Under the pieces are notes generated by a model. It worked only from the letters and a program-made list of their open reading frames with translations, was not told the DNA's origin and made no database searches. Below are positions 25,651-39,100 of a stretch of 64,000 bases of DNA, piece after piece (position 1 is the stretch's first letter; every line of letters begins with the position of its first letter). This DNA comes from Hemiscyllium ocellatum. Taxonomy: Eukaryota. The translations under genes were made by a program, and so were the position numbers. The stretch lies in assembly GCF_020745735.1 (NCBI RefSeq), contig NW_026867487.1:2480001-2544000 (forward strand), written 5' to 3'.

Positions 25651-25904
25651 TAAAAAAAAGGAAGAGTTCAGAGGGATATAGACCAAACGCTGCAAATGGG
25701 ACGAGATTAATTTGGGATGTCTGGTTGGCATGGACGAGTTGGAACGAAGTATCTGTTTCCATGCTGTTTTCCTCCATGTTCTTACTAAAATTGCAGCCCC
25801 ATACTGTCTCTGGATCCTAGGGCTTAGTTATTTCAGTGACACTCCTTGCGTATTTGTCTGTAAATCCTTATTTAGCTTGTCTGCCTTTTCTGCACATTAA
25901 TTTG

Positions 25905-26335
25905 ATGTATTTTTGTCACATGTACTGAGATACAGTGAAAAGTATTGTTTTGTGTGCTCTGCAGATGGATCATATCATACCAAGTGCATCAGGTAACAGA
26001 ATAGAATGCAGTGTTACAGCCGCTGAGATGGAGCAGAGAGAGGGATCGACATTGACATTTGAGAAGTCTGTTCAAAATTCTGATAACTGCGGGGAAGAAG
26101 CTGTTCTTGAATCTGTTTGTATGAATCTTCCAACTGTTATACGTTCTGCCCGACAGGAGACAGTGGAAGAGAGTATAATCGGGGTGGGAGGGCTCTTTAA
26201 TGATGTTGGTTGTTTTCCCGAGGCAAAGGGAAGTATAGATGGCGCCAATGGACTGAAGGCTGGATTGTGTGATGTTCTGGGCTATATTCACCACTCTCTG
26301 TAGAATCTTGTGGTCTGGAGAAGACCAGTTACTAC
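25905..26335 (-). mobile_element. Rex1/Babar-type LINE 3' fragment
   Basis: HPDYTLFH.LLSGRTY...RFKNSFFPAVIRILN, typical of the Rex-Babar ORF2 C-terminus. Confidence 0.75.
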
Positions 26336-27117
26336 GATGTGTCTGCTATTATACATTCTCTTGTCTCTGCCGATAATGGACCTTTGCTTATGTAAAAAGA
26401 TCTTTACATTCTGTTTTTATCTTTCCTGCTGTTTTCTATTCATATTCTATTTTCTCTTTCACAATTTCTCGGTCCTCCTTTGCTGAATTCTATGTTTGAA
26501 GTTCGATACAGGTGAAGTAGTTTTAGTTCTTTCTGATTCTCAGCTGTGGATAGGGAATGATCTCTTCAGGCATCATTCAAAAAACAAATATACAGGTCAG
26601 ATCAGGGTGTACAAAACAGAAGGTCATGGAACAACTGAATGCAACTTTCCAAGATCATGAGAGAAACATCTCAGATATACCCTTACATGTGACTCAAAAC
26701 CAGGGTTGGTCACTTATAAACAGTAGAGGCTGTACTGACTTGCATCTGATTTGCAGAGTAGAGAAAGCGGAAACCCAAGAAGATCATTGAACAGTTTTAA
26801 CGTGGAGGTTGATAGATCTTGACAAATGAGAGAGTCAAAGCTTATCAGAGTGAGGCAGGAATGTGAATTTGAGGTCACGATTAATTCAACCATGAACTTA
26901 CTCAATGGTGGATCATGCTTCAGGGGTTATTTAGCCTCCTCTTGCTGCTAATTCGGATGTTCATCTGTCTGTTCACATCAGACTATAAACTCCAGAATTG
27001 AACTTCCAGTTCTAGTCACTGGATATTTCACATTATGTGACATCCAGAAACAAAGCCAGTGTGACTGTTCACACTCAGAATAAAATCTCATTTACTCTTG
27101 GTAAAGATAAAAATAAA

Positions 27118-27410
27118 TGGTTAGCACTGGTGCCTCACAGCGCCGGGGTCCCAGGTTCGATTCCAGCCTCGGGTGACTGTCTGTGTGGAGTTTGCACATT
27201 CTCCCTGTGTCTGTGTGGGTTTCCTCCGGGTGCTCCGGTTTCCTCCCACAGTCCAAAGATGTTCAGGTCAGGTGAATTGGCCATGCTAGTTTACCAACAG
27301 TTTTAGGTGCATTAGTCGGAGGGAAATGGGTCTGGCTGGGTTACTCTTTGTAGGGTCGGTGTGGACTGTTAGGGCCAAAGGGCCTGTTTCCACACTGTAG
27401 GGAATCTAAT
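27118..27410 (+). mobile_element. HE1-type tRNA-derived elasmobranch SINE
   Basis: B box GGTTCGATTCC; body TGTGGAGTTTGCACATTCTCCC...GGTTTCCTCCCACAGTCCAAAGATG shared with two other copies; AATCT tail. Confidence 0.88.
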
Positions 27411-27963
27411 AGAAATTCTAATAAAATGCTTTGTCCCTGATACCGGGGGCAAGGCCTGTTCAAGATTAAGTAGTCATTGTTAAAAAGGCAGAAACCTTTA
27501 CTCTCACAATGTGACAAAAGGCTCGAATTTCGATATGATTATTATTTTTAGAAATTAGAGTTCAATTTCGAGGCAAACGGATGTTGGTTACTTGTGTTAC
27601 TCCTTTGAAAAGAAAGATCAGAGACACCTTTCAGCCCAGTGATTAGAACCAGCATTTTGTCAGAAAGCAGATAAAGCAGATCCCTGTAATGTTAATACAA
27701 GATATTTATACTCTCGTGTTTACAGCAGGAAGGGTAAACACGAAAGGCCATGAATTTTGTTCATAGATCAAAGAAAACTTGGAGGACCATTTCATTTTGA
27801 AAAAAATCCTTTCAGAAAGCACTAGAATTGAATGCAGAAGCAAGTTTAGCTTCTCTCTCAGGAAGTATTCAGGTAGTTCAGGGATCAATTTACTGTAGCA
27901 CAAGGGTTTAGCTCACAAAACATTTAGACCAGGAGCGTTTGGTCTACAATCTGTTGGCGAACT

Positions 27964-28000
27964 TTACCTGACGAGAGGGCAGTGCTCTGAAAGCTTGTGA
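27964..28000 (+). ncRNA. Minimal type-I hammerhead ribozyme motif (family B), in a single-arm element extending to ~28085
   Basis: TTAC-CTGACGA-G-AGGGC-AGT-GCTCT-GAA-AGCT-T-GTGA: 4-bp stem I, 5-bp stem II, palindromic AGCU in place of stem III; downstream sequence matches the right arm of 824-1171. Confidence 0.65.
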
Positions 28001-29139
28001 TTTCAAATAAACCTGTTGGACCATAACTTAGTGTCGTCTGACTTCTGACCTTGTCCACCCCAGTCCAACACCGACACCTCCACATCATGTAAGTGGTTCG
28101 AACTGAGAAAGGTTAAACTCTCAGATTTGTGAAAGGTCCATATCAGCAGAATTGGAAAGGACTGATCGAATTGTCTCCATAACCCAATACAAAGAAACTA
28201 TCCAGAGTCAGTAAAGGAGAACAGTAAAGAATTCTAATAGCAAATGGACTTGAGTCTCAGTATCAAAGATATTGGTAATAGGCTGAAACTTTGTTTTACT
28301 GTGCTTGTGTGTTTCGTTCGCTTGATTTTTCTTCATTCCATCTTCTGTGCAATAAACTTCCGCTCTGTTATTGAAGAAAATTTGCAACCTCATGAGAAAA
28401 TGTTTCTGTGACTAGCCACCACATTATCGAAACTAAACAAAATGCAGTTATGATCTGTCAGGTCAGATTTCATTCTAGGACCTGATTTATCCAAACTACC
28501 AATTGCTAGGAAGACAAGAAAAACAATCAAAAATCCATCTGTAATTCTCAGTGACTGAATAAAATCAGAGAAGCACCGAATGTGATTGTGAATGTGCTCA
28601 GGACAGAGGATACTGTGTAAAAGGATGGCCAGCAGATATGTCACACAGTGCCATTGTGGCAACTGATGGGAATCTGAACACAACTGAGAAACCTGTTATT
28701 GAAGCCAGTCTCAGGAATGATGACCATGAAACTGTCAGTGATTGCTGTAAAAACCCAGCTGAAAGAAATCTGTAATCTTTACCTGGTCTGGCCCACAATG
28801 TGATAGAGTCAGAGAGATCTACAACACAGGAAAAGGCCCTTCAGCCCTTCAGTGATGACATTTGGGCAACACAACCACCAGACTACTTGAACTCTCTTGT
28901 CAAGAGGAGGGCGAAGACTTCTGTTAGGATGAGAAGTGATGGCTCAGTTAGGGTGTTTGAGAGTTACAAGTTAGCCAGGAAAGGTCTAAAGAGAATAGCA
29001 GTGGGAAATTGTGCGTGGAGTCAGATGAGATAGGGGAAGTGCTCCATGAATCCTCTTTGTCAGTATTCACACTCAAAAAAGACAATGTTGTTGAGGAGAA
29101 TAAAGAGATACAGGCTACTAGACTCGATGGGATTGATGT

Positions 29140-30693
29140 TCACAAGGAGGAGGGTTAGCAATTCTGGAAAGTGTAAAAATAGATAAGTCCCCTGGGCTGG
29201 ATGGGATTTATCCTCGGATTCTCTAGGAAGCTAGGGAGGAGATTGCCTAGCCTTTGGCTTTGATCTTTATGTTGTCATTGTCTACAGGAATAGTGCCAGA
29301 AGATGGAAGATAGCAGATGTTGTTCCCTTGTTCAAGAAGGGAAGTAGAGACAATCCTGGTAATCATAGAGTAGTGAGCCTTACTTAGGTTGTGGGTAAAG
29401 TGTTGGAAAGGGTTATAAGACACAGAATTTATAATCATCTGGAGAGGAATAAGTTGATTAGGGATAGTCAACATGGTTTTGTGAAGGGTAGGTTGTGCCT
29501 CACAAACCTTATTGAGTTCTTTGAGAAGGTGACCAGACAGGTGGATAAGGTGAAAGCGATCGATGTGGTGTATATGGATTTCAGTAAGGTGTTTGATAAG
29601 GTTCCCCATGGTAGGCTATTGCACAAAATATAGAGGCATGGAATTGAGGGTGATTTAGCAGTTTGGATCAGAAATTGGCTCACTGAATGAAGACAGAAGG
29701 TGGTGGTTGATGGGAAATATTCATCCTGGAGTTCAGTTACTAATGGTCTACCACAAGACTCTGTTTTGGGTCCACTGTTGTTTGTCAGTTTTATAAATGA
29801 CCTGGATGAGGGCAGAAAAGGTTGGGTTAGTAAATTTGTAGCTGACACTAAGGTCAGTAGAGTTGTGGATAGTGACAAAGGATGTTATAGGTTACAGAGA
29901 GAAATTGATAAGCTGCAGAGTTGGGCTGAAAGGTTGTAAATGAAGTTTAGTGTGGAAAAGTGTGAGGTGATTCACGATGGAAGAAGTAACAGGAATGTAG
30001 ATTACTGGGCTAATGATAAGATTCTTGGAAGTGCAGATGTGCTGAGGGATCTCAGTGTCCAGCTTCATAAATCCTTGAAACTTGCCACCCACATTGATCG
30101 GGTTGTGAAGGAGGCATATGGTGTGTTAGCTTTTATTGGTGGAGTGATTGAGTTTTGGAACAATGAGGTCACGCTGCAGCTGGACAAAGCTCTGGTCCGG
30201 CTGCACTTGGAGTATTGTGTACAGTTCTGGTCACCGCATTATAGGAAGGATGTGGAAGGTTTGGAAAGGGTTCAGAGGAGATTTACCAGAATGTTGCCTG
30301 GTATGGAGGGAAGGTCTGATGAGGAAAGGCTGACGGACTTGAGGCTGGTTGAGAGGTGATTTAATTGAGACATATAAGATAATCAGAGGGTTAGGTAGGG
30401 TGGAGAGTGAGAGCCTTTTTCCTCAGATGGTGATGGCTAGCACTAGGGCTGATAGATATAGACAGATATCAGAGGTAGTTTCTTTCGTCATAGAGTAATA
30501 GGGGCATGGAACACACGGCCTGCAACAGTAGTAGACTCACCAGCTTTAAGGGCATTTAAATGGTCATTGGAGAGGCATATGGACCAGAATGGAATAATGT
30601 AGGATAGATAGGCTACAGATTGGTTTCACAGATTGGTGCAACATCCATGGCCTGCGATGTACTGTGCTATAATGTTCTCTATTCTATGTTCTA
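29140..30693 (+). mobile_element. 5'-truncated CR1 LINE (RT domain to 3' tail), decayed
   Basis: QHGFVKGRLCLTNLIEFFE, DFSKVFDKVPH, GLPQDSVLGPLLF, KFVADTK, LEYCVQFWSP; (TTCTA)-type tail at about 30675-30693. Confidence 0.95.
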
Positions 30694-32249
30694 ACCCCGT
30701 TTTGCAGCACTTGGCCCATTGTCTGTAAAGTTTGGCATCACAAGTACATATTGAAATACTTCTTGAATGTTATGAAAGTTTTAGTCTTGTGACTCTAAAC
30801 CCACAGTAATATAATTGACACATAACTGCCCTCTGAACTGGTCCAGCAAGCCCCTCAATTGCCAGGAATTAGGGATGGGCAATAAATGCTGCCCTTGCCT
30901 ATGACACTCACATCCCTTGAAAGAATATTAAAAATTCACTGGCTATGACTGGACAGATAAGTGTGGAACCAGTGAGGACAGTCCCATTCTGCTGGACACT
31001 GGAGGAGGACACTGGACACTGGGTGGTCAAGTGTGTGAAAGCCTGCAGGTATGTTGAGGAGGATGAGAAGGGAGAGTGCACTCTGATCAGAGTCACAGAG
31101 ATCATCATTTACATCAATCGTACAGATCATTGAAATAAATATTCCACAAGTGGAATGACCAATCCTGCAGGATATGAATGTAAAGGCAGAAGGTTTACCT
31201 CATGTGTGACAGACAACTGCTACATTTGAGTTTTAATTCATCTGTCAAACACATTTTTATAGAATCTCTCGATGTTCAGCAGTTGATGATAAATATTGGA
31301 ATACAAAGATGGGGAATTGATGCTGGAATTGAATAGGGTTCTGGTTCCATCACTTGAGGAGAATGTCACTTGGTACCAGGAATGAAGCTCAGGAAGGGTG
31401 TATTGTCCTTGGAGAGGGTGCTGTGGAGATTTACCAGAATGATACCGGCTAAAAGGGTTACAACAAGGTGGTATTTACATTGATTTGGCTTATATTCCCT
31501 CAAATGTGGAATTTAGGAGATTAAAGAGTGATCAAATTGAGAGGTTTAAGCTGATTAAAGATTCAATAGGATAAATACAGAGAAATGATTTCTCCAGTAG
31601 TGGTCGGGGTGCAGATCTTTAAAATCCAAACCAGGTCATTCAGGGGTGCTATTAAATACTTCTTCACACAAAGGGTGGGGAGAATCTCAAACTCTCTCCC
31701 CTGAGAAGCTGGTGAGGCTGGAGAATCCAGTGAAAACTTCAACGTTGAGACTGACAGCAATTTTCTGAAAGAAACATTGAAGGATCTGGAACTGAGACAG
31801 GCCGGTACACCTCAGCTATGATCTACCTGTGAATAATGGAACAGCATCAAGGGGCTGAACAGTCTCCTCCAGGTCTGATTTTCCTCTGTATTTGGACAGA
31901 ATCTCACAGTGTGCAGCTGTCGAATTATGAGAAACAGGTTTGATGCTTTAATTCAGAGCTGTCAGATGTGTGAAACTTGGCAACAACCTCAGGGCTATTT
32001 CCTTCTCCTCACGTTTCCTGTAGGAGTAGGCAGCACCACTGAAACTGAACAGGGGGCCTCCCAGAGGGAATAAAGTTACTAAAAAGAATAAGCACAGTGT
32101 TTTACATATGGAAATAAGGTTCTAATTTAGTGACTGACACCAATTATTCATTCTTATATTTACTGAAAAGAGGTCTGAAAATGTGAAGGGTAAAGAGGGT
32201 CAAAAATGAATCTCCCTGTATGAGTGGAGAACAATCTGCCACTTGGAAA

Positions 32250-32990
32250 TTTACAGCCCAGGAACAGGCCCTTCAGCCCTCCAAGCCTGAGCTGATCCAA
32301 ATTCATTGTCTAAACCTATCGCCCAATTCCTAAGCAGCTGTATCCCTCTGCTCCCCACATACTCATGCATCTGTCCAGATGCACCTGAAATAAATCTACT
32401 GTGTATGCCTCACTACCTCAGCTGGCAACGTGTTCCAGGCACCTACCACCCTCTGTGTAAAGTACTTTCTGCATGTATCCCCCTTAAACTTTTCACCTCT
32501 CTCCTAGAACACATGACCTCTCGTTATCGAATCCCTCACCCTGGAAAAAAGCTCATCTCTATCTACCTTGTCTATACCCTTCATATTTTGAAGACCTCAA
32601 TCAAGTCTCCCCTCAATCTCCTTTTTGCTCATGAAAATACTCCTAACCTACTCGACCTCTCTTCATAGCTAGCACCTTCCATATCAGACAAAACTGTCTC
32701 TAAAGTTCATAATCTTCACCCTAAACTTGAGGAACTCGATCAAGATTTTAAACAAAGATACTGAATGAGTCTCTTTATGCAGAGAGTGGGAAGGGCATGC
32801 TATGCACTGCTCGCCAATGTAGTTAACTCAGCCACATTAGGGAGATTTAACAATCCTTGGGGAAGCACATGGATGATGATGGGACAGTGGAGGGGGATGG
32901 ACTTAGATTAGTACACAGGTGAGTACAACAGCAAGGGCTGAAGGGCCTGTTCTGTGCTGTACTGTTCTGTATTCTATGTTCCAATAAACC
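32250..32990. mobile_element. Two CR1 3' fragments (32250-32690 minus; 32770-32990 plus)
   Basis: CR1 3' motifs (CAGGCCCTTCAGCCC; GGGCTGAAGGGCCTGTTCTGTGCTGT plus TTCT tail). Confidence 0.75.
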
Positions 32991-33111
32991 AGAGTTTGTC
33001 TCAGATTGAGGATGGTGATTAACTGGTGAACAACAAAGTGAATTAACCTTGTGATGGAGAAAAATTGAATCATCAGACAACCAAAAACTCTGGGTCACTA
33101 GCAACCTATTT

Positions 33112-36100
33112 ACAACTCCCCCACACTCCTTCAATCCCATCAGTGAGTGAACAACCCCCCCACACTCCTTCAATCCCATCAGTGAGTGAACAACCCCCCC
33201 ACACTCCTTCAATCCCATCAGTGAGTGAACATCTCCCCCACACTCCTTCAATCCCATCAGTGTCTGAACAACCCCCCCACACTCCTTCAATCCCATCAGT
33301 GACTGAACATCTCCCCCACACTCCTTCAATCCCATCAGTGACTGAACATCTCCCCCACACTCCTTCAATCCCATCAGTGACTGAACAACCCCCCCACACT
33401 CCTTCAATCCCATCAGTGACTGAACATCTCCCCCACACTCCTTCAATCCCATCAGTGTCTGAACAACCCCCCCACACTCCTTCAATCCCATCAGTGACTG
33501 AACATCTCCCCCACACTCCTTCAATCCCATCAGTGACTGAACATCCCCCCCACACTCCTTCAATCCCATCAGTGAGTGAACAACCCCCCCACACTCCTTC
33601 AATCCCATCAGTGACTGAACATCTCCCCCACACTCCTTCAATCCCATCAGTGACTGAACATCTCCCCCACACTCCTTCAATCCCATCAGTGACTGAACAT
33701 CTCCCCAACACTCCTTCAATCCCATCAGTGACTGAACAACCCCCCCACACTCCTTCAATCCCATCAGTGACTGAACATCTCCCCCACACTCCTTCAATCC
33801 CATCAGTGACTGAACATCTCCCCCACACTCCTTCAATCCCATCAGAGACTGAACAACTCCCCCACACTCCTTCAATCCCATCAGTGCCTGAACATCTCCC
33901 CCACACTCCTTCAATCCCATCAGTGACTGAACATCTCCCCCACACTCCTTCAATCCCATCAGAGACTGAACAACTCCCCCACACTCCTTCAATCCCATCA
34001 GTGACTGAACATCTCCCCCACACTCCTTCAATCCCATCAGTGCCTGAACATCTCCCCCACACTCCTTCAATCCCATCAGTGACTGAACATCTCCCCCACA
34101 CTCCTTCAATCCCATCAGTGACTGAACATCTCCCCCACACTCCTTCAATCCCATCAGTGACTGAACAACCCCCCCACACTCCTTCAATCCCATCAGTGAC
34201 TGAACATCTCCCCCACACTCCTTCAATCCCATCAGAGACTGAACAACTCCCCCACACTCCTTCAATCCCATCAGTGCCTGAACATCTCCCCCACACTCCT
34301 TCAATCCCATCAGTGACTGAACATCTCCCCCACACTCCTTCAATCCCATCAGAGACTGAACAACTCCCCCACACTCCTTCAATCCCATCAGTGACTGAAC
34401 ATCTCCCCCACACTCCTTCAATCCCATCAGTGCCTGAACATCCCCCCCACACTCCTTCAATCCCATCAGTGACTGAACATCTCCCCCACACTCCTTCAAT
34501 CCCATCAGTGACTGAACATCCCCCCCACACTCCTTCAATCCCATCAGTGCCTGAACATCTCCCCCACACTCCTTCAATCCCATCAGTGACTGAACATCTC
34601 CCCCACACTCCTTCAATCCCATCAGTGACTGAACATCCCCCCCACACTCCTTCAATCCCATCAGTGAGTGAACAACCCCCCCACACTCCTTCAATCCCAT
34701 CAGTGAGTGAACATCTCCCCCACACTCCTTCAATCCCATCAGTGCCTGAACATCTCCCCCACACTCCTTCAATCCCATCAGTGCCTGAACAACTCCCCCA
34801 CACTCCTTCAATCCCATCAGTGCCTGAACAACTCCCCCACACTCCTTCAATCCCATCAGTGCCTGAACATCTCCCCCACACTCCTTCAATCCCATCAGTG
34901 AGTGAACAACCCCCCCACACTCCTTCAATCCCATCAGTGAGTGAACAACCCCCCCACACTCCTTCAATCCCATCAGAGACTGAACATCCCCCCCACACTC
35001 CTTCAATCCCATCAGTGACTGAACATCTCCCCCACACTCCTTCAATCCCATCAGTGCCTGAACATCTCCCCCACACTCCTTCAATCCCATCAGTGAGTGA
35101 ACATCTCCCCCACACTCCTTCAATCCCATCAGTGACTGAACATCTCCCCCACACTCCTTCAATCCCATCAGTGAGTGAACATCTCCCCCACACTCCTTCA
35201 ATCCCATCAGTGACTGAACATCTCCCCCACACTCCTTCAATCCCATCAGTGAGTGAACATCTCCCCCACACTCCTTCAATCCCATCAGTGCCTGAACAAC
35301 CCCCCCACACTCCTTCAATCCCATCAGTGCCTGAACATCTCCCCCACACTCCTTCAATCCCATCAGTGAGTGAACATCTCCCCCACACTCCTTCAATCCC
35401 ATCAGTGACTGAACATCCCCCCCACACTCCTTCAATCCCATCAGTGACTGAACATCTCCCCCACACTCCTTCAATCCCATCAGTGCCTGAACATCTCCCC
35501 CACACTCCTTCAATCCCATCAGTGAGTGAACATCTCCCCCACACTCCTTCAATCCCATCAGTGACTGAACATCCCCCCCACACTCCTTCAATCCCATCAG
35601 TGACTGAACATCTCCCCCACACTCCTTCAATCCCATCAGTGCCTGAACATCTCCCCCACACTCCTTCAATCCCATCAGTGACTGAACATCTCCCCCACAC
35701 TCCTTCAATCCCATCAGTGCCTGAACATCTCCCCCACACTCCTTCAATCCCATCGGTGACTGAACAACCCCCCCACACTCCTTCAATCCCATCAGTGAGT
35801 GAACATCCCCCCCACACTCCTTCAATCCCATCAGTGCCTGAACATCTCCCCCACACTCCTTCAATCCCATCAGTGACTGAACATCTCCCCCACACTCCTT
35901 CAATCCCATCAGTGAGTGAACATCCCCCCCACACTCCTTCAATCCCATCAGTGACTGAACATCCCCCCCACACTCCTTCAATCCCATCAGTGACTGAACA
36001 TCCCCCCCACACTCCTTCAATCCCATCAGTGAGTGAACATCCCCCCCACACTCCTTCAATCCCATCAGTGCCTGAACATCTCCCCCACACTCCTTCAATC

Positions 36101-39100
36101 CCATCAGTGAGTGAACATCCCCCCCACACTCCTTCAATCCCATCAGTGCCTGAACATCTCCCCCACACTCCTTCAATCCCATCAGTGCCTGAACATCTCC
36201 CCCACACTCCTTCAATCCCATCAGTGAGTGAACAACCCCCCCACACTCCTTCAATCCCATCAGAGACTGAACATCCCCCCCACACTCCTTCAATCCCATC
36301 AGTGACTGAACATCCCCCCCACACTCCTTCAATCCCATCAGTGACTGAACATCTCCCCCACACTCCTTCAATCCCATCAGTGAGTGAACAACCCCCCCAC
36401 ACTCCTTCAATCCCATCAGTGAGTGAACATCTCCCCCACACTCCTTCAATCCCATCAGTGACTGAACATCTCCCCCACACTCCTTCAATCCCATCAGTGA
36501 CTGAACATCTCCCCCACACTCCTTCAATCCCATCAGTGCCTGAACATCTCCCCCACACTCCTTCAATCCCATCAGTGTGTGAACATCTCCCCCACACTCC
36601 TTCAATCCCATCAGTGACTGAACATCTCCCCCACACTCCTTCAATCCCATCAGTGACTGAACATCTCCCCCACACTCCTTCAATCCCATCAGTGCCTGAA
36701 CATCTCCCCCACACTCCTTCAATCCCATCAGTGCCTGAACATCTCCCCCACACTCCTTCAATCCCATCAGTGACTGAACATCTCCCCCACACTCCTTCAA
36801 TCCCATCAGTGACTGAACATCTCCCCCACACTCCTTCAATCCCATCAGTGCCTGAACATCTCCCCCACACTCCTTCAATCCCATCAGTGACTGAACATCC
36901 CCCCCACACTCCTTCAATCCCATCAGTGACTGAACATCTCCCCCACACTCCTTCAATCCCATCAGTGAGTGAACATCTCCCCCACACTCCTTCAATCCCA
37001 TCAGTGACTGAACATCTCCCCCACACTCCTTCAATCCCATCAGTGACTGAACATCTCCCCCACACTCCTTCAATCCCATCAGTGACTGAACAACCCCCCC
37101 ACACTCCTTCAATCCCATCAGTGACTGAACATCTCCCCCACACTCCTTCAATCCCATCAGTGACTGAACATCTCCCCCACACTCCTTCAATCCCATCAGT
37201 GACTGAACAACACCCCCACACTCCTTCAATCCCATCAGTGACTGAACAACCCCCCCACACTCCTTCAATCTCATCAGTGACTGAACATCTCCCCCACACT
37301 CCTTCAATCCCATCAGTGACTGAACAACCCCCCCACACTCCTTCAATCTCATCAGTGACTGAACAACCCCCCCACACTCCTTCAATCCCATCAGTGACTG
37401 AACAACCCCCCCACACTCCTTCAATCCCATCAGTGACTGAACATCTCCCCCACACTCCTTCAATCCCATCAGTGACTGAACATCTCCCCCACACTCCTTC
37501 AATCCCATCAGTGACTGAACATCCCCCCCACACTCCTTCAATCCCATCAGTGACTGAACATCCGCCCCACACTCCTTCAATCCCATCAGTGACTGAACAT
37601 CTCCCCCACACTCCTTCAATCCCATCAGTGACTGAACATCTCCCCCACACTCCTTCAATCCCATCAGTGACTGAACATCTCCCCCACACTCCTTCAATCC
37701 CATCAGTGACTGAACAACACCCCCACACTCCTTCAATCCCATCAGTGAGTGAACATCCCCCCCACACTCCTTCAATCCCATCAGTGACTGAACAACCCCC
37801 CCACACTCCTTCAATCTCATCAGTGACTGAACAACCCCCCCACACTCCTTCAATCCCATCAGTGACTGAACAACCCCCCCACACTCCTTCAATCCCATCA
37901 GTGACTGAACATCTCCCCCACACTCCTTCAATCCCATCAGTGACTGAACATCTCCCCCACACTCCTTCAATCCCATCAGTGACTGAACATCCCCCCCACA
38001 CTCCTTCAATCCCATCAGTGACTGAACATCCCCCCCACACTCCTTCAATCCCATCAGTGACTGAACATCTCCCCCACACTCCTTCAATCCCATCAGTGAG
38101 TGAACAACCCCCCCACACTCCTTCAATCCCATCAGTGAGTGAACATCTCCCCCACACTCCTTCAATCCCATCAGTGACTGAACATCTCCCCCACACTCCT
38201 TCAATCCCATCAGTGACTGAACATCTCCCCCACACTCCTTCAATCCCATCAGTGCCTGAACATCTCCCCCACACTCCTTCAATCCCATCAGTGACTGAAC
38301 ATCTCCCCCACACTCCTTCAATCCCATCAGTGACTGAACAACCCCCCCACACTCCTTCAATCCCATCAGTGACTGAACAACTCCCCCACACTCCTTCAAT
38401 CCCATCAGTGACTGAACAGCCCCCCCACACTCCTTCAATCCCATCAGTGACTGAACATCCCCCCCACACTCCTTCAATCCCATCAGTGAGTGAACAACCC
38501 CCCCACACTCCTTCAATCCCATCAGTGACTGAACAACCCCCCCACACTCCTTCAATCCCATCAGTGCCTGAACATCTCCCCCACACTCCTTCAATCCCAT
38601 CAGTGCCTGAACATCCCCCCCACACTCCTTCAATCCCATCAGTGACTGAACATCTCCCCACACTCCTTCAATCCCATCAGTGAGTGAACATCCCCCCCAC
38701 ACTCCTTCAATCCCATCAGTGACTGAACATCTCCCCCACACTCCTTCAATCCCATCAGTGACTGAACATCCCCCCCACACTCCTTCAATCCCATCAGTGA
38801 CTGAACATCTCCCCCACACTCCTTCAATCCCATCAGTGACTGAACATCTCCCCCACACTCCTTCAATCCCATCAGTGACTGAACATCTCCCCCACACTCC
38901 TTCAATCCCATCGGTGACTGAACAACCCCCCACACTCCTTCAATCCCATCAGTGACTGAACAACTCCCCCACACTCCTTCAATCCCATCAGTGCCTGAAC
39001 AACTCCCCCACACTCCTTCAATCCCATCAGTGCCTGAACATCTCCCCCACACTCCTTCAATCCCATCAGTGAGTGAACATCTCCCCCACACTCCTTCAAT

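Noticed and set aside
342-32668. Numerous 60-130 aa ORFs upstream of the array
   Set aside because: They are fragments or antisense frames of transposons and simple repeats; no host-gene exon could be supported.
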